Below, piece by piece: positions 42,504 through 54,490 of a stretch of 64,000 nucleotides of DNA. The notes under the pieces were generated by a model. It searched no databases and had not been told where the DNA came from. It saw nothing but the letters and a program-made list of their open reading frames with translations. The number at the start of each line of letters is the position of its first letter. Within the stretch, counting starts at the first letter, position 1. The translations under genes were made by a program, and so were the position numbers. The DNA is from an uncultured delta proteobacterium (lineage in GTDB: Bacteria; Desulfobacterota; WTBG01; CAIYCZ01; CAIRTM01): NCBI GenBank assembly GCA_963804955.1, contig CAWDSQ010000030.1, forward strand, positions 192,001 to 256,000, written 5' to 3'.

Positions 42504-43328
42504 ATGGCAGTTAAGGCATTTAAACCAACGTCTGCAGGTAGGCGCTTTCAGACAGTAGCAGACTTTGAAGAGATAACAAAAAGCACACCAGAGAAAAGCC
42601 TGCTTTCTCCTCTGCGAAAATCCGGCGGCCGGAATAATAATGGACGCATAACTGCACGATATATCGGTGGCGGCCATAAGCAGCGCTATAGAATAATTGA
42701 TTTTCGCCGTGACAAGCATGACATATCTGCACGGGTCGCAAGTATCGAATATGATCCCAACAGAACATCCCGAATTGCGCTGCTGCAGTATAAGGATGGC
42801 GAAAAACGCTACATCGTTGCCCCGGCTGAACTCAGGCTTGGCGATGAGATAATGGCGGGTGAAAACGCTGAAATACGGCCCGGAAATGCTTTGCCGATAA
42901 AAAAAATACCCGTCGGCACCATGATCCACAATATCGAGCTTCGCATGGGTAAGGGCGGGCAGCTGGTTCGAAGCGCCGGCACCAGCGCACAGCTTTCTGC
43001 AAAAGAAAAAAATTATGCTCATATAAAAATGCCATCCGGCGAGCTTCGCCTGGTTCATGTTGACTGCTATGCTACAATCGGGCAGGTCGGCAATGCGGAT
43101 CATGCCAATATTTCCATCGGTAAAGCGGGCAGGAAGAGATGGCTTGGAAAAAAACCAAGGGTTCGCGGTGTGGCTATGAATCCGGTTGACCATCCCATGG
43201 GCGGAGGCGAAGGCCGCTCATCCGGAGGTCGCCACCCCTGTACACCATGGGGTAAGCCGACCAAGGGATACAGAACAAGAAAAAATAAACGGACGAGCAG
43301 CTTCATTGTCAGAAGAAGAAACAAGTAG
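42504..43328 (+). CDS. rplB: 50S ribosomal protein L2
   Basis: [18 protein letters not shown]. Confidence 0.99.
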   Translation: MAVKAFKPTSAGRRFQTVADFEEITKSTPEKSLLSPLRKSGGRNNNGRITARYIGGGHKQRYRIIDFRRDKHDISARVASIEYDPNRTSRIALLQYKDGEKRYIVAPAELRLGDEIMAGENAEIRPGNALPIKKIPVGTMIHNIELRMGKGGQLVRSAGTSAQLSAKEKNYAHIKMPSGELRLVHVDCYATIGQVGNADHANISIGKAGRKRWLGKKPRVRGVAMNPVDHPMGGGEGRSSGGRHPCTPWGKPTKGYRTRKNKRTSSFIVRRRNK

Positions 43329-43344
43329 CGCGGAGTGATATGCG

Positions 43345-43605
43345 ATGGCACGGTCAATTAAAAAAGGCCCCTTTATTGATGAAAGTCTGATGAGAAAGAT
43401 CAGAAAGGCCCAGGACGCCAATAACCGGCAGGTAATAAAGACGTGGTCCCGCAGGTCGATGATCATTCCCGATATGATAGGTTTTACATTTGCTGTTCAC
43501 AATGGAAAAAAATTCTTCCCTGTATATGTCACGGAGAACATGGTCGGTCATAAACTTGGTGAGTTTTCACCGACGCGAACCTATCATGGTCATGCCAAAA
43601 AGTAA
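43345..43605 (+). CDS. rpsS: 30S ribosomal protein S19
   Basis: KTWSRRS, GHKLGEF. Confidence 0.98.
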   Translation: MARSIKKGPFIDESLMRKIRKAQDANNRQVIKTWSRRSMIIPDMIGFTFAVHNGKKFFPVYVTENMVGHKLGEFSPTRTYHGHAKK

Positions 43606-43639
43606 CAACAGCTAACCTTTAGAGGCAGAGAAACAGTGT

Positions 43640-43972
43640 ATGGAAGTCAGGGCAGTTGATAAATATATTCGGATATCTCCGCGAAAAGCTCGGCTGGTGG
43701 CAGATATGGTCAAGGGAAAGCCTGTGAGTGACGCTCTGAGTATTCTCGAATTTACGCCGAAAGCAATAAGCATTTATATGTACAAACTCATCAACTCGGC
43801 CGTTGCCAATGCATCCCACAAGGAAGGTGTTGATGTTGATATTCTGTATGTCAAGAACGTGTTTATCGATCAGGGCCCGACACTCAAGCGTTTCCGCCCT
43901 GGACCCCAGGGCAGAGGGTTTAGAATTTTAAAACGCACTTGTCATTTAACCGTGATTCTTGCAGAAGCTTAA
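43640..43972 (+). CDS. rplV: 50S ribosomal protein L22
   Basis: RISPRKARLV, SAVANA. Confidence 0.97.
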   Translation: MEVRAVDKYIRISPRKARLVADMVKGKPVSDALSILEFTPKAISIYMYKLINSAVANASHKEGVDVDILYVKNVFIDQGPTLKRFRPGPQGRGFRILKRTCHLTVILAEA

Positions 43973-43991
43973 TTAATTTAAGGAGGTCGGT

Positions 43992-44645
43992 TTGGGCCAA
44001 AAAGTTCATCCTATTGGTTTTCGTCTCGGAATTATCAAAACCTGGAATTCCCGATGGTATGCAGATAAGAATTATGATCTCCTGCTGCACGAAGATATTA
44101 AGATCAAGGGTTTTGTTAAAAAACAGCTTAATCAGGCCGGCATTTCATCAGTAGAGATTGAGCGTGCGGCCAATAAACTTCGGATTAATATTGCTGCTGC
44201 ACGACCGGGCATCATTATCGGCAAAAAAGGTTCTGAGATCGAGAAGCTAAAGGCTGAAATACAAAAACTTACTGATCGTGAAGTTTTTGTAAACATAATT
44301 GAAGTACAGCGCCCGGAGGTTGATGCACAGCTTGTCGCCGAAAATATCTGCCAGCAGCTTTTGAAACGGGTTGCCTTTCGACGTGCAATGAAGCGTGGAG
44401 TCGGTTCTGCCATGAAGTTCGGCGCGAAGGGTGTCAAAATTGCCTGTTCCGGGCGTCTGGGCGGGGCTGAAATGGCGCGGCATGAATGGTATCGTGAGGG
44501 ACGTGTGCCCTTGCAGACATTGCGGGCTGATATAGATTTCGGCTTTTCAGAAGCGAGAACCACCTACGGCATTATTGGGGTTAAAGTCTGGATTTTTAAG
44601 GGTGAAATGTTGACTAAGGGGAAATCATCACATGTTGGCTCCTAA
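43992..44645 (+). CDS. rpsC: 30S ribosomal protein S3
   Basis: [22 protein letters not shown]. Confidence 0.98.
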   Translation: MGQKVHPIGFRLGIIKTWNSRWYADKNYDLLLHEDIKIKGFVKKQLNQAGISSVEIERAANKLRINIAAARPGIIIGKKGSEIEKLKAEIQKLTDREVFVNIIEVQRPEVDAQLVAENICQQLLKRVAFRRAMKRGVGSAMKFGAKGVKIACSGRLGGAEMARHEWYREGRVPLQTLRADIDFGFSEARTTYGIIGVKVWIFKGEMLTKGKSSHVGS

Positions 44646-45051
44646 GAAAATTAAGCATAGAAAAATGATGAAAGGCCGCATGACGGGAAGCGCCTGTCGC
44701 GGGAACAAGATAGATTTCGGCAGTTTTGGCCTGAAGGCTGTAGAATGCGGATGGATATCATCACGTCATATTGAGGCTGCTCGTATTGCCTTAATTCGCC
44801 ATGTGAAACGCGGCGGCAAGCTTTGGATCCGCATTTTTCCGGACAAGCCTATCACCAAAAAGCCAGCTGAAACCCGCATGGGCAAGGGTAAGGGAGCTCC
44901 TGAATACTGGGTTGCGGTCATTAAGCCGGGCAGGATTCTTTACGAGATTGAGGGCGTAACTGAAGAGGTTGCAAAAGAGGCTTTTCGTCTTGCCGCTCAT
45001 AAACTGCCCATTAAAACAACATTTGTCATGAGGGAAGTCAGTGAAAGCTAA
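44632..45051 (+). CDS. rplP: 50S ribosomal protein L16
   Basis: RMGKGKG. Confidence 0.98.
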   Translation: MLAPKKIKHRKMMKGRMTGSACRGNKIDFGSFGLKAVECGWISSRHIEAARIALIRHVKRGGKLWIRIFPDKPITKKPAETRMGKGKGAPEYWVAVIKPGRILYEIEGVTEEVAKEAFRLAAHKLPIKTTFVMREVSES

Positions 45052-45241
45052 AGATTTTCGTGAATTATCAGCTGAAGAGCTTGCACAGCGGGAGAAGGAC
45101 ACTCGAGACAAGCTGTTTAATTTTAAAATTCAGCGCGCCACAAATCAGCTGGCAAATACTGCAGATATACCAAAAGCGCGCAAGGATATTGCTCGTATCA
45201 ATACAATCCTGAACGAGAAGCAACGTTCTGTAACCAAATAA
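45041..45241 (+). CDS. rpmC: 50S ribosomal protein L29
   Basis: [13 protein letters not shown] and synteny. Confidence 0.95.
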   Translation: MKAKDFRELSAEELAQREKDTRDKLFNFKIQRATNQLANTADIPKARKDIARINTILNEKQRSVTK

Positions 45242-45272
45242 TGATTGAATGTTTGGAGCATAGGGAAAACCG

Positions 45273-45524
45273 ATGGAAGGCCAGAAAAAGAGAAGAACGG
45301 GAGTCGTTGTCAGCAATAAGATGGACAAGACGGTCGTGGTAGTCACAGATAGAATGACCCGGCACCCGTTATACCTTAAATATATAAAGAAAAGAGTAAA
45401 GTTTAAAGCTCACGATGAAGTAAATGCCTGCCAGATCGGTGATACTGTGCTGGTAGAGGAAACCCGGCCGCTGAGTAAAGACAAGCGCTGGAGAGTTGTT
45501 GAAGTTGTTCAGAAGGCTATTTGA
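45273..45524 (+). CDS. rpsQ: 30S ribosomal protein S17
   Basis: [16 protein letters not shown]. Confidence 0.98.
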   Translation: MEGQKKRRTGVVVSNKMDKTVVVVTDRMTRHPLYLKYIKKRVKFKAHDEVNACQIGDTVLVEETRPLSKDKRWRVVEVVQKAI

Positions 45525-45574
45525 AAGAAGTCTATTCAGGCAAAATAATTCCTCGATAATAAAGGAATACGGCA

Positions 45575-45943
45575 ATGATTCAGATGCAGACAAGGCTTGT
45601 GGCTGCTGATAATTCGGGAGCAAAGGAACTGCAGTGTATTAAGGTTCTCGGAGGTTCTCGCCGTCGGTATGCCTATCTTGGCGATGTTATCATCGTCTCC
45701 GTAAAAGAAGCAATACCGAATTCAAAGGTCAAGAAGGGGTCGGTTATGCGTGCGGTTATCGTGCGCACGGCCAAAGAGATTAAGCGGGCTGACGGTACGT
45801 ATATCCGTTTTGACGACAACTCGGCGGTGCTTATAAATAATGTCAATGAGCCTGTTGGCACACGTATTTTTGGCCCTGTCGCCAGAGAGCTGCGTGCCAA
45901 GAATTTCATGAAGATCATATCGCTTGCCCCTGAAGTTGTGTGA
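45575..45943 (+). CDS. rplN: 50S ribosomal protein L14
   Basis: [15 protein letters not shown]. Confidence 0.98.
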   Translation: MIQMQTRLVAADNSGAKELQCIKVLGGSRRRYAYLGDVIIVSVKEAIPNSKVKKGSVMRAVIVRTAKEIKRADGTYIRFDDNSAVLINNVNEPVGTRIFGPVARELRAKNFMKIISLAPEVV

Positions 45944-45970
45944 GCGTTTAGGTAGCGGGAGACAGGAACA

Positions 45971-46303
45971 ATGGTAGAACGATCAAAGCTGCATGTGAAA
46001 AAAGGCGACACGGTCGTCGTGCTTTCCGGTAAGGAAAAAGGGCGATCCGGCAAGGTGTTGTCGGTAAACACCAAGAAGGAAAGAGTGTTTGTCGAAAAGC
46101 TGAATATGATCAAACGACACTCACGGCCCAGTAAAAATGCTCCACAGGGAGGTATCATAGAAAAAGAGGCTTCCCTGCATGTTTCTAATGTGAATATTTT
46201 CTGCCCTAAATGCAGCAAAGCAGTGCGTATTAAGAAGCGAGTGCTTGATGACGGCAAAAAAGTTCGCACATGTGTTAAGTGTAGCGAAATTCTGGATCAG
46301 TAG
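45971..46303 (+). CDS. rplX: 50S ribosomal protein L24
   Basis: KKGDTV KOW motif, HVSNV. Confidence 0.97.
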   Translation: MVERSKLHVKKGDTVVVLSGKEKGRSGKVLSVNTKKERVFVEKLNMIKRHSRPSKNAPQGGIIEKEASLHVSNVNIFCPKCSKAVRIKKRVLDDGKKVRTCVKCSEILDQ

Positions 46304-46314
46304 GAGAACGATAC

Positions 46315-46857
46315 ATGAGCCGGCTTAAAGAAAAATATATTAAAGACATCATGCCGCAGATGATGAAGAAATTCGGGTACAAGAATGTCATGCAGGTGCC
46401 CAAAATTGATAAAATCGTTATCAATATGGGGCTTGGTGAGGCAATACAGAATGTCAAGGTTCTGGAAGCTGCGGAGAAGGAGCTTGCTGCAATCACCGGA
46501 CAGAAGCCGGTGATTACCAAAGCGCGCAAGGCGATTGCAAATTTCAAGCTTCGCGAGGGCATGCCTATCGGCTGCAAGGTGACCTTGCGGCACGAGCGGA
46601 TGTATGAGTTTCTTGACCGTCTGCTGAATCTTGCTCTGCCGCGTATTCGTGACTTTAAAGGTGTTTCCGCAAAAGCCTTTGACGGCCGCGGGAACTATGC
46701 CCTGGGGATTCGGGAGCAGATTATTTTCCCTGAGATCGACTATGATAAGATTGATAAAATCAAGGGCATGAACATTGTTATAGCGACGACTGCCAAGAAC
46801 GATGAAGAGGCTAAGGCTCTTCTGCAGTTCATGGGCATGCCCTTTGGTGCTAACTAA
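46315..46857 (+). CDS. rplE: 50S ribosomal protein L5
   Basis: ITGQKP, FDGRGNY. Confidence 0.98.
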   Translation: MSRLKEKYIKDIMPQMMKKFGYKNVMQVPKIDKIVINMGLGEAIQNVKVLEAAEKELAAITGQKPVITKARKAIANFKLREGMPIGCKVTLRHERMYEFLDRLLNLALPRIRDFKGVSAKAFDGRGNYALGIREQIIFPEIDYDKIDKIKGMNIVIATTAKNDEEAKALLQFMGMPFGAN

Positions 46858-46879
46858 GACGTGTTAAGAGGAGAGGTAC

Positions 46880-47065
46880 GTGGCCAAAACATCGCTTATT
46901 GTCAAAGCTCAGCGCACCATGAAATTCAAGGTGCGACAGTATAACCGGTGTCCGATCTGCGGACGCTCACGGGCATACTACCGCAAATTCGATATGTGCA
47001 GGATTTGCCTCAGGAAACTGGCGCTGCGGGGCGATATCCCCGGTGTTATAAAATCGAGTTGGTAA
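46880..47065 (+). CDS. rpsN: 30S ribosomal protein S14, type Z
   Basis: 61 aa, CPICGR and CRIC. Confidence 0.97.
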   Translation: MAKTSLIVKAQRTMKFKVRQYNRCPICGRSRAYYRKFDMCRICLRKLALRGDIPGVIKSSW

Positions 47066-47093
47066 AACGTTGTAAGCAAGGAGTACGGCGCAT

Positions 47094-47489
47094 ATGATGA
47101 CTGATCCAATTGCGGATATGCTGACCCGCATACGAAACGCAAACAAGGCAAAGTTCGAGAAGGTTGAGATACCCTCGTCAAAGATCAAGGTGAGTATAGC
47201 CAGGATCCTTAAGGAAGAGGGCTATATTAGAAATTTTTCAGTCGTTACTGATAACAAGCAGGGTGTTCTGCAGATAGCGATGAAGTATGAAGGCAAGGGG
47301 GGGGCGATTATTTCCGAAATTAAGCGGGTATCTAAACCAAGTTGCCGCATGTATGTTGATAAAGACGCCATCCCCATGATTCGCAGCGGTTTAGGCCTGG
47401 CTATTTTGTCGACATCAAAAGGCATTATGACCGACAAAGAAGCGCGCAGGCAGCAGGTTGGCGGCGAAGTTATTTGCACTTTCTGGTAA
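47094..47489 (+). CDS. rpsH: 30S ribosomal protein S8
   Basis: [12 protein letters not shown]. Confidence 0.98.
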   Translation: MMTDPIADMLTRIRNANKAKFEKVEIPSSKIKVSIARILKEEGYIRNFSVVTDNKQGVLQIAMKYEGKGGAIISEIKRVSKPSCRMYVDKDAIPMIRSGLGLAILSTSKGIMTDKEARRQQVGGEVICTFW

Positions 47490-47507
47490 GAATAGGAATA
47501 TAGCATC

Positions 47508-48044
47508 ATGAGCAGAATTGGTAAAAAACCCATTGCTGTACCCAAAGGTGTCAAGGTTCAAAAAGACGGCGACCTGCTAAAGATCGAAGGTCCTAAAGGA
47601 AAGCTTGCTCATACAATTCCGGCGTGCATTACCGTTGAAACGGGGACTGATGAGATACTCGTATCGCGTCCTTCCGACGAACGCAGAGAGCGTTCACTGC
47701 ATGGGTTGACCCGCACCCTGGTTGCAAATATGGTCGAGGGCGTCACACAGGGCTTTAAGCGGGAGCTTGAGGTTGTCGGCATCGGCTATAAAGCTGAAAA
47801 AGCCGGCAAGACGCTGAAGCTTTCCGTAGGCCTCTCCCATGTTATCAGCTTTGACGAACCGGAGGGCATTCTGATTAATGTGGAGAAACAAATAATCAGA
47901 GTTGAAGGAATTGATAAATGCCTTGTTGGTCAGACCGCGTCAAAAATCAGACTGTTTAAGAAGCCTGATGTTTATAAAGGCAAGGGTATCCGCTACGTCG
48001 GTGAAGTTGTGAGAAAGAAAGTTGGCAAGGCCGGTGCTAAGTAA
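47508..48044 (+). CDS. rplF: 50S ribosomal protein L6
   Basis: MSRIGKKPI, YKGKGIRY. Confidence 0.98.
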   Translation: MSRIGKKPIAVPKGVKVQKDGDLLKIEGPKGKLAHTIPACITVETGTDEILVSRPSDERRERSLHGLTRTLVANMVEGVTQGFKRELEVVGIGYKAEKAGKTLKLSVGLSHVISFDEPEGILINVEKQIIRVEGIDKCLVGQTASKIRLFKKPDVYKGKGIRYVGEVVRKKVGKAGAK

Positions 48045-48095
48045 TATCAGGCGCGGCCATGATGTGACCATCTCATAAAGAAAAATGGAGTAAGT

Positions 48096-48464
48096 GTGAA
48101 TCTGCAGCATAAGAAAGAGCTCAACCGGCTCAAACGCAAAAAAAGAATCCGCAGGCATATAATCGGCACCAGCATACGACCGCGGATGACCATTTTTAAA
48201 AGCCTCAATCACTGTTATGTGCAGCTGATTGACGATGAGTCGCAGAAAACAATTGTGGCCGCATCAACGGTCGGCAAGGAACTTAAAAGTTCGCTTGCGC
48301 AGACCGGGAACACAGAGGCTGCGCGCAAACTGGGTCACGTGATAGCCGAAAAAGCTATGGCGATGAATATTACCTCTGTTGTGTTTGATCGTAACGGATT
48401 TCTGTATCATGGGCGCGTCAAAGCTTTAGCTGAAGGGGCCCGTGAAAAAGGCCTGCAATTTTAA
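48096..48464 (+). CDS. rplR: 50S ribosomal protein L18
   Basis: VVFDRNGFLYHGRV. Confidence 0.98.
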   Translation: MNLQHKKELNRLKRKKRIRRHIIGTSIRPRMTIFKSLNHCYVQLIDDESQKTIVAASTVGKELKSSLAQTGNTEAARKLGHVIAEKAMAMNITSVVFDRNGFLYHGRVKALAEGAREKGLQF

Positions 48465-48476
48465 GGAGGAACTGTC

Positions 48477-48971
48477 TTGGTGTACGAGAGCGATCAAGAA
48501 TCCAATCTTACGGATAAGGTAGTACATATAAACCGTGTTGCCAAGGTTGTTAAGGGCGGTCGGCGCTTTAGTTTCAGCGCACTTGTTGTTGTCGGCGATG
48601 GCAATGGCCAGGTCGGGTGCGGATTGGGCAAAGCGCGTGAAGTGCCTGAGGCAATACGCAAGGCCATTGAACATGCCAAACGCAATATGATTAATTTCCC
48701 GCTTATTGACGGGACCATCCCCCACGAAGTGATTGGGGCGCACTGCTCCGGGCGCGTATTCATGAAGCCGGCTTCTCAGGGAACAGGCATCATAGCCGGC
48801 GGGGCTGTCCGGTCGGTCATTGAAGTTTCAGGTATTAAGAATATACTGACAAAGTGCCTCAGGACCAATAATCCGCATAATGTGCTCAAGGCGACAATCG
48901 ATGGTCTGAAGCACCTGCAGCATGCCGATGAGCGCAGAAGAAAGCTTGGCCCAATAGAGCGGTTGTTGTAA
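48477..48971 (+). CDS. rpsE: 30S ribosomal protein S5
   Basis: [12 protein letters not shown]. Confidence 0.98.
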   Translation: MVYESDQESNLTDKVVHINRVAKVVKGGRRFSFSALVVVGDGNGQVGCGLGKAREVPEAIRKAIEHAKRNMINFPLIDGTIPHEVIGAHCSGRVFMKPASQGTGIIAGGAVRSVIEVSGIKNILTKCLRTNNPHNVLKATIDGLKHLQHADERRRKLGPIERLL

Positions 48972-49011
48972 ATAAAAATTAAGGCTTTTCAGATAAGCAG
49001 AGGATGTTTTA

Positions 49012-49458
49012 ATGGATCTTAGTAGCTTACACCCGAATAAGGGCGCTGTAAAAAGCAGAAAACGAGTCGGTCGCGGTCCTGGTTCAGGCCATGGCAAGAC
49101 ATCCTGCCGCGGTCATAAGGGGCAGAAAGCCAGAACCGGATCCGGCGGGTTTAACGGATTTGAAGGCGGGCAGATGCCGTTGCAGCGCCGGTTGCCCAAG
49201 CGCGGATTTACTAATATTTTCAAAAAAGAGTATGCGCTTGTTCAGGTTAAGGATCTTAATACTTTTGAGAAAGACAGCGTCATTGATGCTGCTGTTTTAG
49301 TTAAGTGCGGTTTGGTTAGAAAAGTCTGCGATGGCATTAAGCTGCTTGGCAAGGGGGAAATCGACAGGCCGCTGACGCTTAAGGTTCACAAATGGAGCCA
49401 GAGCGCTTATGCCAAGATTATCGCAGCTGGCGGAGTAGAGGGGATAGAGGGGATATAA
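49012..49458 (+). CDS. rplO: 50S ribosomal protein L15
   Basis: GFEGGQMPL. Confidence 0.97.
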   Translation: MDLSSLHPNKGAVKSRKRVGRGPGSGHGKTSCRGHKGQKARTGSGGFNGFEGGQMPLQRRLPKRGFTNIFKKEYALVQVKDLNTFEKDSVIDAAVLVKCGLVRKVCDGIKLLGKGEIDRPLTLKVHKWSQSAYAKIIAAGGVEGIEGI

Positions 49459-50792
49459 GTGGTCGGCGGTTTTCAGAATATTCCAAAAATTCCAGAGCTG
49501 AGAAAGCGGCTTCTTGCCACTTTTATTCTTCTGGCGGTGTATAGGATCTGCGTACACATACCTACCCCGGGCATTGACGGGAAGGCGCTTGGCTGCTTTT
49601 TTTGCCCGTACCAAGGGGACGCTGCTTGGCTTGGTTGACATGTTTTCCGGCGGCGCTTTCGAGCAAATGTCGATAGTGGCCCTTGGCATAATGCCCTATA
49701 TCAGCGCGTCAATTATTCTCCAGCTGCTTACGGTTGTTGTGCCCTATCTGGAAAAGCTTAAAAAAGAAGGCGAGGCGGGACGCAAAAAAATCACGCAATA
49801 CACCCGCTATGGAACTGTCGGCCTGAGTATTATTCAGGGATTTGGTATTGCAGTCGGCCTTGAGCGTATGACCGGGCCCGGCGGAAGTCCGATAGTCATA
49901 GACCCGGGCTGGGGGTTTAGAATCATTACGGTTATAACGCTGACCGCAGGAACAGCTTTTCTCATGTGGCTCGGTGAGCAGATAACTGAGCGCGGCATCG
50001 GCAATGGTATCTCGCTGATCATTTTTGCCGGTATAGTGTGCAGGTTGCCCGCGGCAGCAAGTACTACTCTACAGCTCATGCAGACAGGTGAAATGGGGCC
50101 TGTGACTATACTGTTTATTGTTGCGCTTATGGTGCTGGTTATCGGCTGCATTATTTTTATAGAACGTTCACAGCGGCGCATACCGGTGCAGTACCCTAAG
50201 CGGGTAGTTGGCAGAAAAGTGTATGGAGGGCAGAGTACGCATTTGCCTTTAAAAATTAATACAGCAGGTGTTATACCTCCAATTTTTGCATCTTCAATTC
50301 TTATGTTTCCGCTGACGATTGCGCAGTTTATTTCAACAGAAACACTTGAAGCCTATCCCTGGATTGATAGCTATAATAAATAGTCTTGGTCCTGGCGCTG
50401 TAGCCTATAATGTGCTGTATGTCGCTTTTATAGTCTTTTTTGCTTACTTTTACACAGCAGTAACTTTTAATCCTGTTGATATTGCCGATAACATGAAGAA
50501 GCAGGGCGGGTATATTCCTGGCATACGGCCGGGCAAAAAGACCGCTGAGCATATTGACTGGGTTTTGACACGAATCACCTGTATCGGCGCAATTTATATT
50601 TCTGTTGTTTGCGTTTTGCCGACAATACTGATCAGCAAGTTCAACATACCTTTTTATTTTGGCGGTACGGCACTGCTAATCGTTGTTGGTGTGGCTCTTG
50701 ATACGATTGGTCAGATAGAATCTCATATGCTTGTCCGTCATTATGACGGTTTTTTGAATAAAGGGCAGATTGGCGGAAGAGTCCGCAGGTAG
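49459..50792 (+). CDS. secY: Preprotein translocase SecY (frameshifts near 49590 and 50370)
   Basis: GTG start giving [48 protein letters not shown] across three frames. Confidence 0.95.
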
Positions 50793-50827
50793 TACATGTC
50801 AGCAGCAACGGCAGCTATACAGGTTTT

Positions 50828-51046
50828 ATGGCGCGAGATGATTTAATCGAACTTGAAGGCGAGGTTCTTGAAACACTTCCCAATGCGATGTTCTGGGTGA
50901 AGCTTACGAATGGCCATAAATCGCTTGCCACCATATCCGGCAAAATGCGAATGCATTATATAAAAATATTGCCTGGCGATAAGGTTACCGTACAGTTTTC
51001 TCCATATGACCTTAATCGAGGCAGAATAACCTATCGGGCAAAGTAA
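50828..51046 (+). CDS. infA: Translation initiation factor IF-1
   Basis: LPNAMF, SGKMRM, GDKV. Confidence 0.98.
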   Translation: MARDDLIELEGEVLETLPNAMFWVKLTNGHKSLATISGKMRMHYIKILPGDKVTVQFSPYDLNRGRITYRAK

Positions 51047-51073
51047 CTAAGTGAGCATAAAAGGTAAGAGGTT

Positions 51074-51187
51074 ATGAAAGTACGTTCTTCGGTTAAAAAA
51101 ATTTGTGACAAGTGCAAGATTATAAAGAGAAAAGGCGTCGTCAGGGTTATTTGCGATAATCCAAAACATAAGCAGCGCCAGGGTTAA
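51074..51187 (+). CDS. rpmJ: 50S ribosomal protein L36
   Basis: Manual translation [37 protein letters not shown]. Confidence 0.97.
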   Translation: MKVRSSVKKICDKCKIIKRKGVVRVICDNPKHKQRQG

Positions 51188-51217
51188 TGAATTTACTTGT
51201 AAGAAAAGGAGTAGAAC

Positions 51218-51599
51218 GTGCCAAGAATCGCGGGCGTTGATGTGCCAAAACAGAAACAGATCTGTATAGCATTAACTTATATATACGGTATCGGTCCGTT
51301 ACACGGCGAAACAAATTCTCCAAACCATCGATATCGATCCGACAAGGCGGGCGGGGACACTTTCTGAGCAGGAAGTGGCAAAGATTCAAAACATGATCTT
51401 TGCTGATTGCAAAACCGAAGGTGATCTTCGCAAGGAAGTTTCCATGAACATCAAGCGGCTCATGGAGATCGGTGCATACCGCGGGCTGCGCCACCGCAGG
51501 GGCCTGCCGGTGCATGGCCAGCGAACGCATACGAACGCTCGTACGCGTAAAGGTCCACGCCGCGCAATACAGGGCAAAAAGAAAACACCGACAAAATAA
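51218..51599 (+). CDS. rpsM: 30S ribosomal protein S13 (frameshift near 51300)
   Basis: [16 protein letters not shown], then [17 protein letters not shown]. Confidence 0.95.
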
Positions 51600-51629
51600 G
51601 GTGAATCAATTAAACGATAGAGGAAACTG

Positions 51630-52022
51630 ATGGCTGGCAAGAAAAAGATTATACGCAAGAAAAAGGAAAAGAAGAACATCCCCAATGGGATTGCGCACAT
51701 TCAGGCCACGTTTAACAATACCATCATAACCATTACCGATGTGATAGGCAATGTGATAGCCTGGTCAAGCGCTGGTACTGCAGGGTTTAAGGGGTCCCGC
51801 AAGAGTACACCATTTGCTGCCAGTCAGGCTGCTGAGGATGTGGCAAAAAAAGCCAGAGAAAATGGCGTTAAAAACATTGAGGTCCTTGTGCGCGGCCCTG
51901 GTTCCGGGCGGGAAGCTGCCATACGTTCTCTGCAGTCCAGCGGCCTCAATATATCATTGATTCGCGATCAGACCCCGATCCCTCATAACGGCTGTCGCCA
52001 GCCAAAACGCAGAAGAGTCTGA
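51630..52022 (+). CDS. rpsK: 30S ribosomal protein S11
   Basis: [16 protein letters not shown]. Confidence 0.98.
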   Translation: MAGKKKIIRKKKEKKNIPNGIAHIQATFNNTIITITDVIGNVIAWSSAGTAGFKGSRKSTPFAASQAAEDVAKKARENGVKNIEVLVRGPGSGREAAIRSLQSSGLNISLIRDQTPIPHNGCRQPKRRRV

Positions 52023-52068
52023 TGGCTACCGCTAACGTGTACTGGTTTCATAAGAAAGGAGATTTCCT

Positions 52069-52696
52069 TTGGCTCGATATATAGGATCAAAATGCAGGCT
52101 TTGCCGCAGAGAAAACACCAAGCTCTTTCTGAAGGGAGAGCGTTGCTATACTGATTCATGTGCATTTGACAGACGGCAGTACGCTCCCGGGCAGCATGGT
52201 CAGAACCGCGCTAAGTTTTCCGCATATGGTGAGCAGTTGCGGGAAAAGCAGAAGGTGAAACGTATTTACGGCGTGCTGGAAAAACAGTTTCGGAATTATT
52301 TTCACAAGGCTGCACAGAAAAGGGGCGTTACCGGCGAGAACCTGATCGAGATGCTGGAAAGCAGGCTGGATAATATGCTGTACCGCCTGGGCTTTGCTAC
52401 TTCCAGGACTGAAGCACGGCAGCTGATCCGGCATCGGCATTTTGCGGTAAACAACCGCCAGGTTGATATACCTTCGTATCTTGTCAAGATAGGTGATGTT
52501 ATTCAGGTGCGTGAGAAAAGCAGATCCATAGCACGCATCAAAGAATCGGTTGAGACCGCTAAGCAGCGAGGCATTCCAGGCTGGGTTGAAGTTGATGCTG
52601 AGCAATTTTCAGGGCAAAATAATTGCCTTGCCCAAACGTGAAGAAATAACGATGCCGATAAAAGAACAGCTTATTGTCGAGCTATACAGTAAATAA
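52069..52696 (+). CDS. rpsD: 30S ribosomal protein S4 (frameshift near 52615)
   Basis: CRLCRRE, LREKQK, LESRLDN; C-terminal [10 protein letters not shown] in another frame. Confidence 0.95.
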
Positions 52697-52734
52697 TTCA
52701 CATACAACATAACAGTTGCTGAAGGTGAGGTGCT

Positions 52735-53793
52735 ATGCGTCGCATGTGGCAGACCATTATAAGACCAAAACGGCTCGAGGTTGATGAGGAGACACTCTCC
52801 CCGACTTACGGGAAGTTTGTGGCTGAGCCATTCGAAAGAGGGTTTGGAATAACGATTGGCAATGCGCTTCGTCGGGTGCTGTATATCGTCAACTCAGGGA
52901 GCAGCTATTACAGCAGTTCGCATAGACGGCATTCTGCACGAGTTTTCTACTGTCCCCGGGGTCAAGGAAGACGTTACCGAAATTATTATGAATCTTAAGG
53001 AAGTTGAGCTCAAGCTCAACTCCGATGGGCCGGAAAAGATTTATATTAAAGCAAAAGGTGACGGGATCGTGACCGCCGGCGATATCACTACCAATAATAA
53101 TGTGGAAATATTGAACCCCGACGCAGCATATAGCCACGCTTTCACATGATGCCAAGCTTGTCTATTGAAATGACTGTGCAGGCCGGCACCGGCTATCTTC
53201 CTGCCGATAAAAGCCGTGATGAAAACGCACCCATCGGAACGATACCGATTGATGCCATTTTCAGCCCTATCAAGAGAGTTAATTTTAATGTCAATTATGC
53301 GCGTGTCGGGCAGATGACCGACTATGAAAGGCTGACTCTTGAGGTGTGGACAGATGGATCCATAGCCCCGGAGGATGCAATTGCGTTTGCTGCAAAAATT
53401 CTCCAGAATCAGTTGAAGCTTTTTATTAATTTTGAAGATGAAATTGAGGTCCTGCCAAAGGCAGAGCCGACCAGGCAGCGGTTTAACGATAATTTGTACA
53501 GGAGTATCGATGAACTTGAGCTCTCGGTCCGCTCATCAAACTGTCTGAGAAATGCAAACATTCGATATATCTGGGAGCTGGTAACGCGGACAGAACCCGA
53601 AATGCTGAAGACGAAAAACTTCGGTCGCAAGTCACTCAATGAGATTAAGGAAATACTGTCTGAGATGGGATTGACCTTAGGCATGAAGCTTGACGGTTTT
53701 GAGCCCCCATCCCGCCGCGACGATGATCTCGACGATATTGATGATTCTGATGAACTGCTTGACGATGACCAGGAAATTGATGACGAAGAGTAA
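52735..53793 (+). CDS. rpoA: RNA polymerase alpha subunit (two frameshifts)
   Basis: [38 protein letters not shown] across three ORFs. Confidence 0.95.
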
Positions 53794-53826
53794 TCTGATT
53801 GACATTACTATTTAGGATGCTGAAGC

Positions 53827-54369
53827 ATGAGACATTTAAAGGCGAATAAAAAACTGGGCATGGATTCCAGCCACCGCAAGGCTGTGCTGAGAAATATGGT
53901 GACATCGCTCATTGAACATGAACGTATCAAGACAACAGATACGCGGGCAAAAGAATTGCGCCGTATAGCCGAAAGAATGGTAACCCTTGGCAAGCGTGGC
54001 GACCTGCATGCGCTCCGGCAGACCATGGAGGTAATCCGTGTAAAAAGTGTTGCAACGAAGCTTTTTGAAGATATCGCACCCCGCTATAAGGACATCAATG
54101 GCGGGTATACGCGCATTATCAAAATCGGCCATCGGCATGGCGACAATGCACCCCTTTCCATAATCGAATTTACTGTCCAGAAACAGGAAGAAAAGAAAGA
54201 ACCAAAGAAAGAAGCAAAGAAAGAACCAAAGAAGAAGCAAAAAAACGCAAAGAAAGAAACAAAGAAAGAAGCAAAGAAAGAATCAAGAAAGAAGCAAAGA
54301 AAGAAGTCAGAAAAAGTCAAAAAGTCTGTTGAAAAGAAAGCAAAAGCTTCTTCCAAGGAAAAAGCCTGA
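53827..54369 (+). CDS. rplQ: 50S ribosomal protein L17 with Lys/Glu-rich tail
   Basis: [18 protein letters not shown]. Confidence 0.97.
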   Translation: MRHLKANKKLGMDSSHRKAVLRNMVTSLIEHERIKTTDTRAKELRRIAERMVTLGKRGDLHALRQTMEVIRVKSVATKLFEDIAPRYKDINGGYTRIIKIGHRHGDNAPLSIIEFTVQKQEEKKEPKKEAKKEPKKKQKNAKKETKKEAKKESRKKQRKKSEKVKKSVEKKAKASSKEKA

Positions 54370-54390
54370 ACTGACGAACTGTTTGCACTG

Positions 54391-54428
54391 AAAGGGGTTA
54401 TCCGAGTACTTCGGTTAACCCCTTTTTT
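54391..54428 (+). terminator. Rho-independent terminator closing the alpha operon
   Basis: AAAGGGGTTA-TCCGAGTACTTCGGT-TAACCCCTTT followed by a T tract. Confidence 0.85.
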
Positions 54429-54490
54429 ATTGCGTTCAAGCAGTGGCTTGACTATAATATTTTGTAAATTATGCTATTATAACTTAGCAT

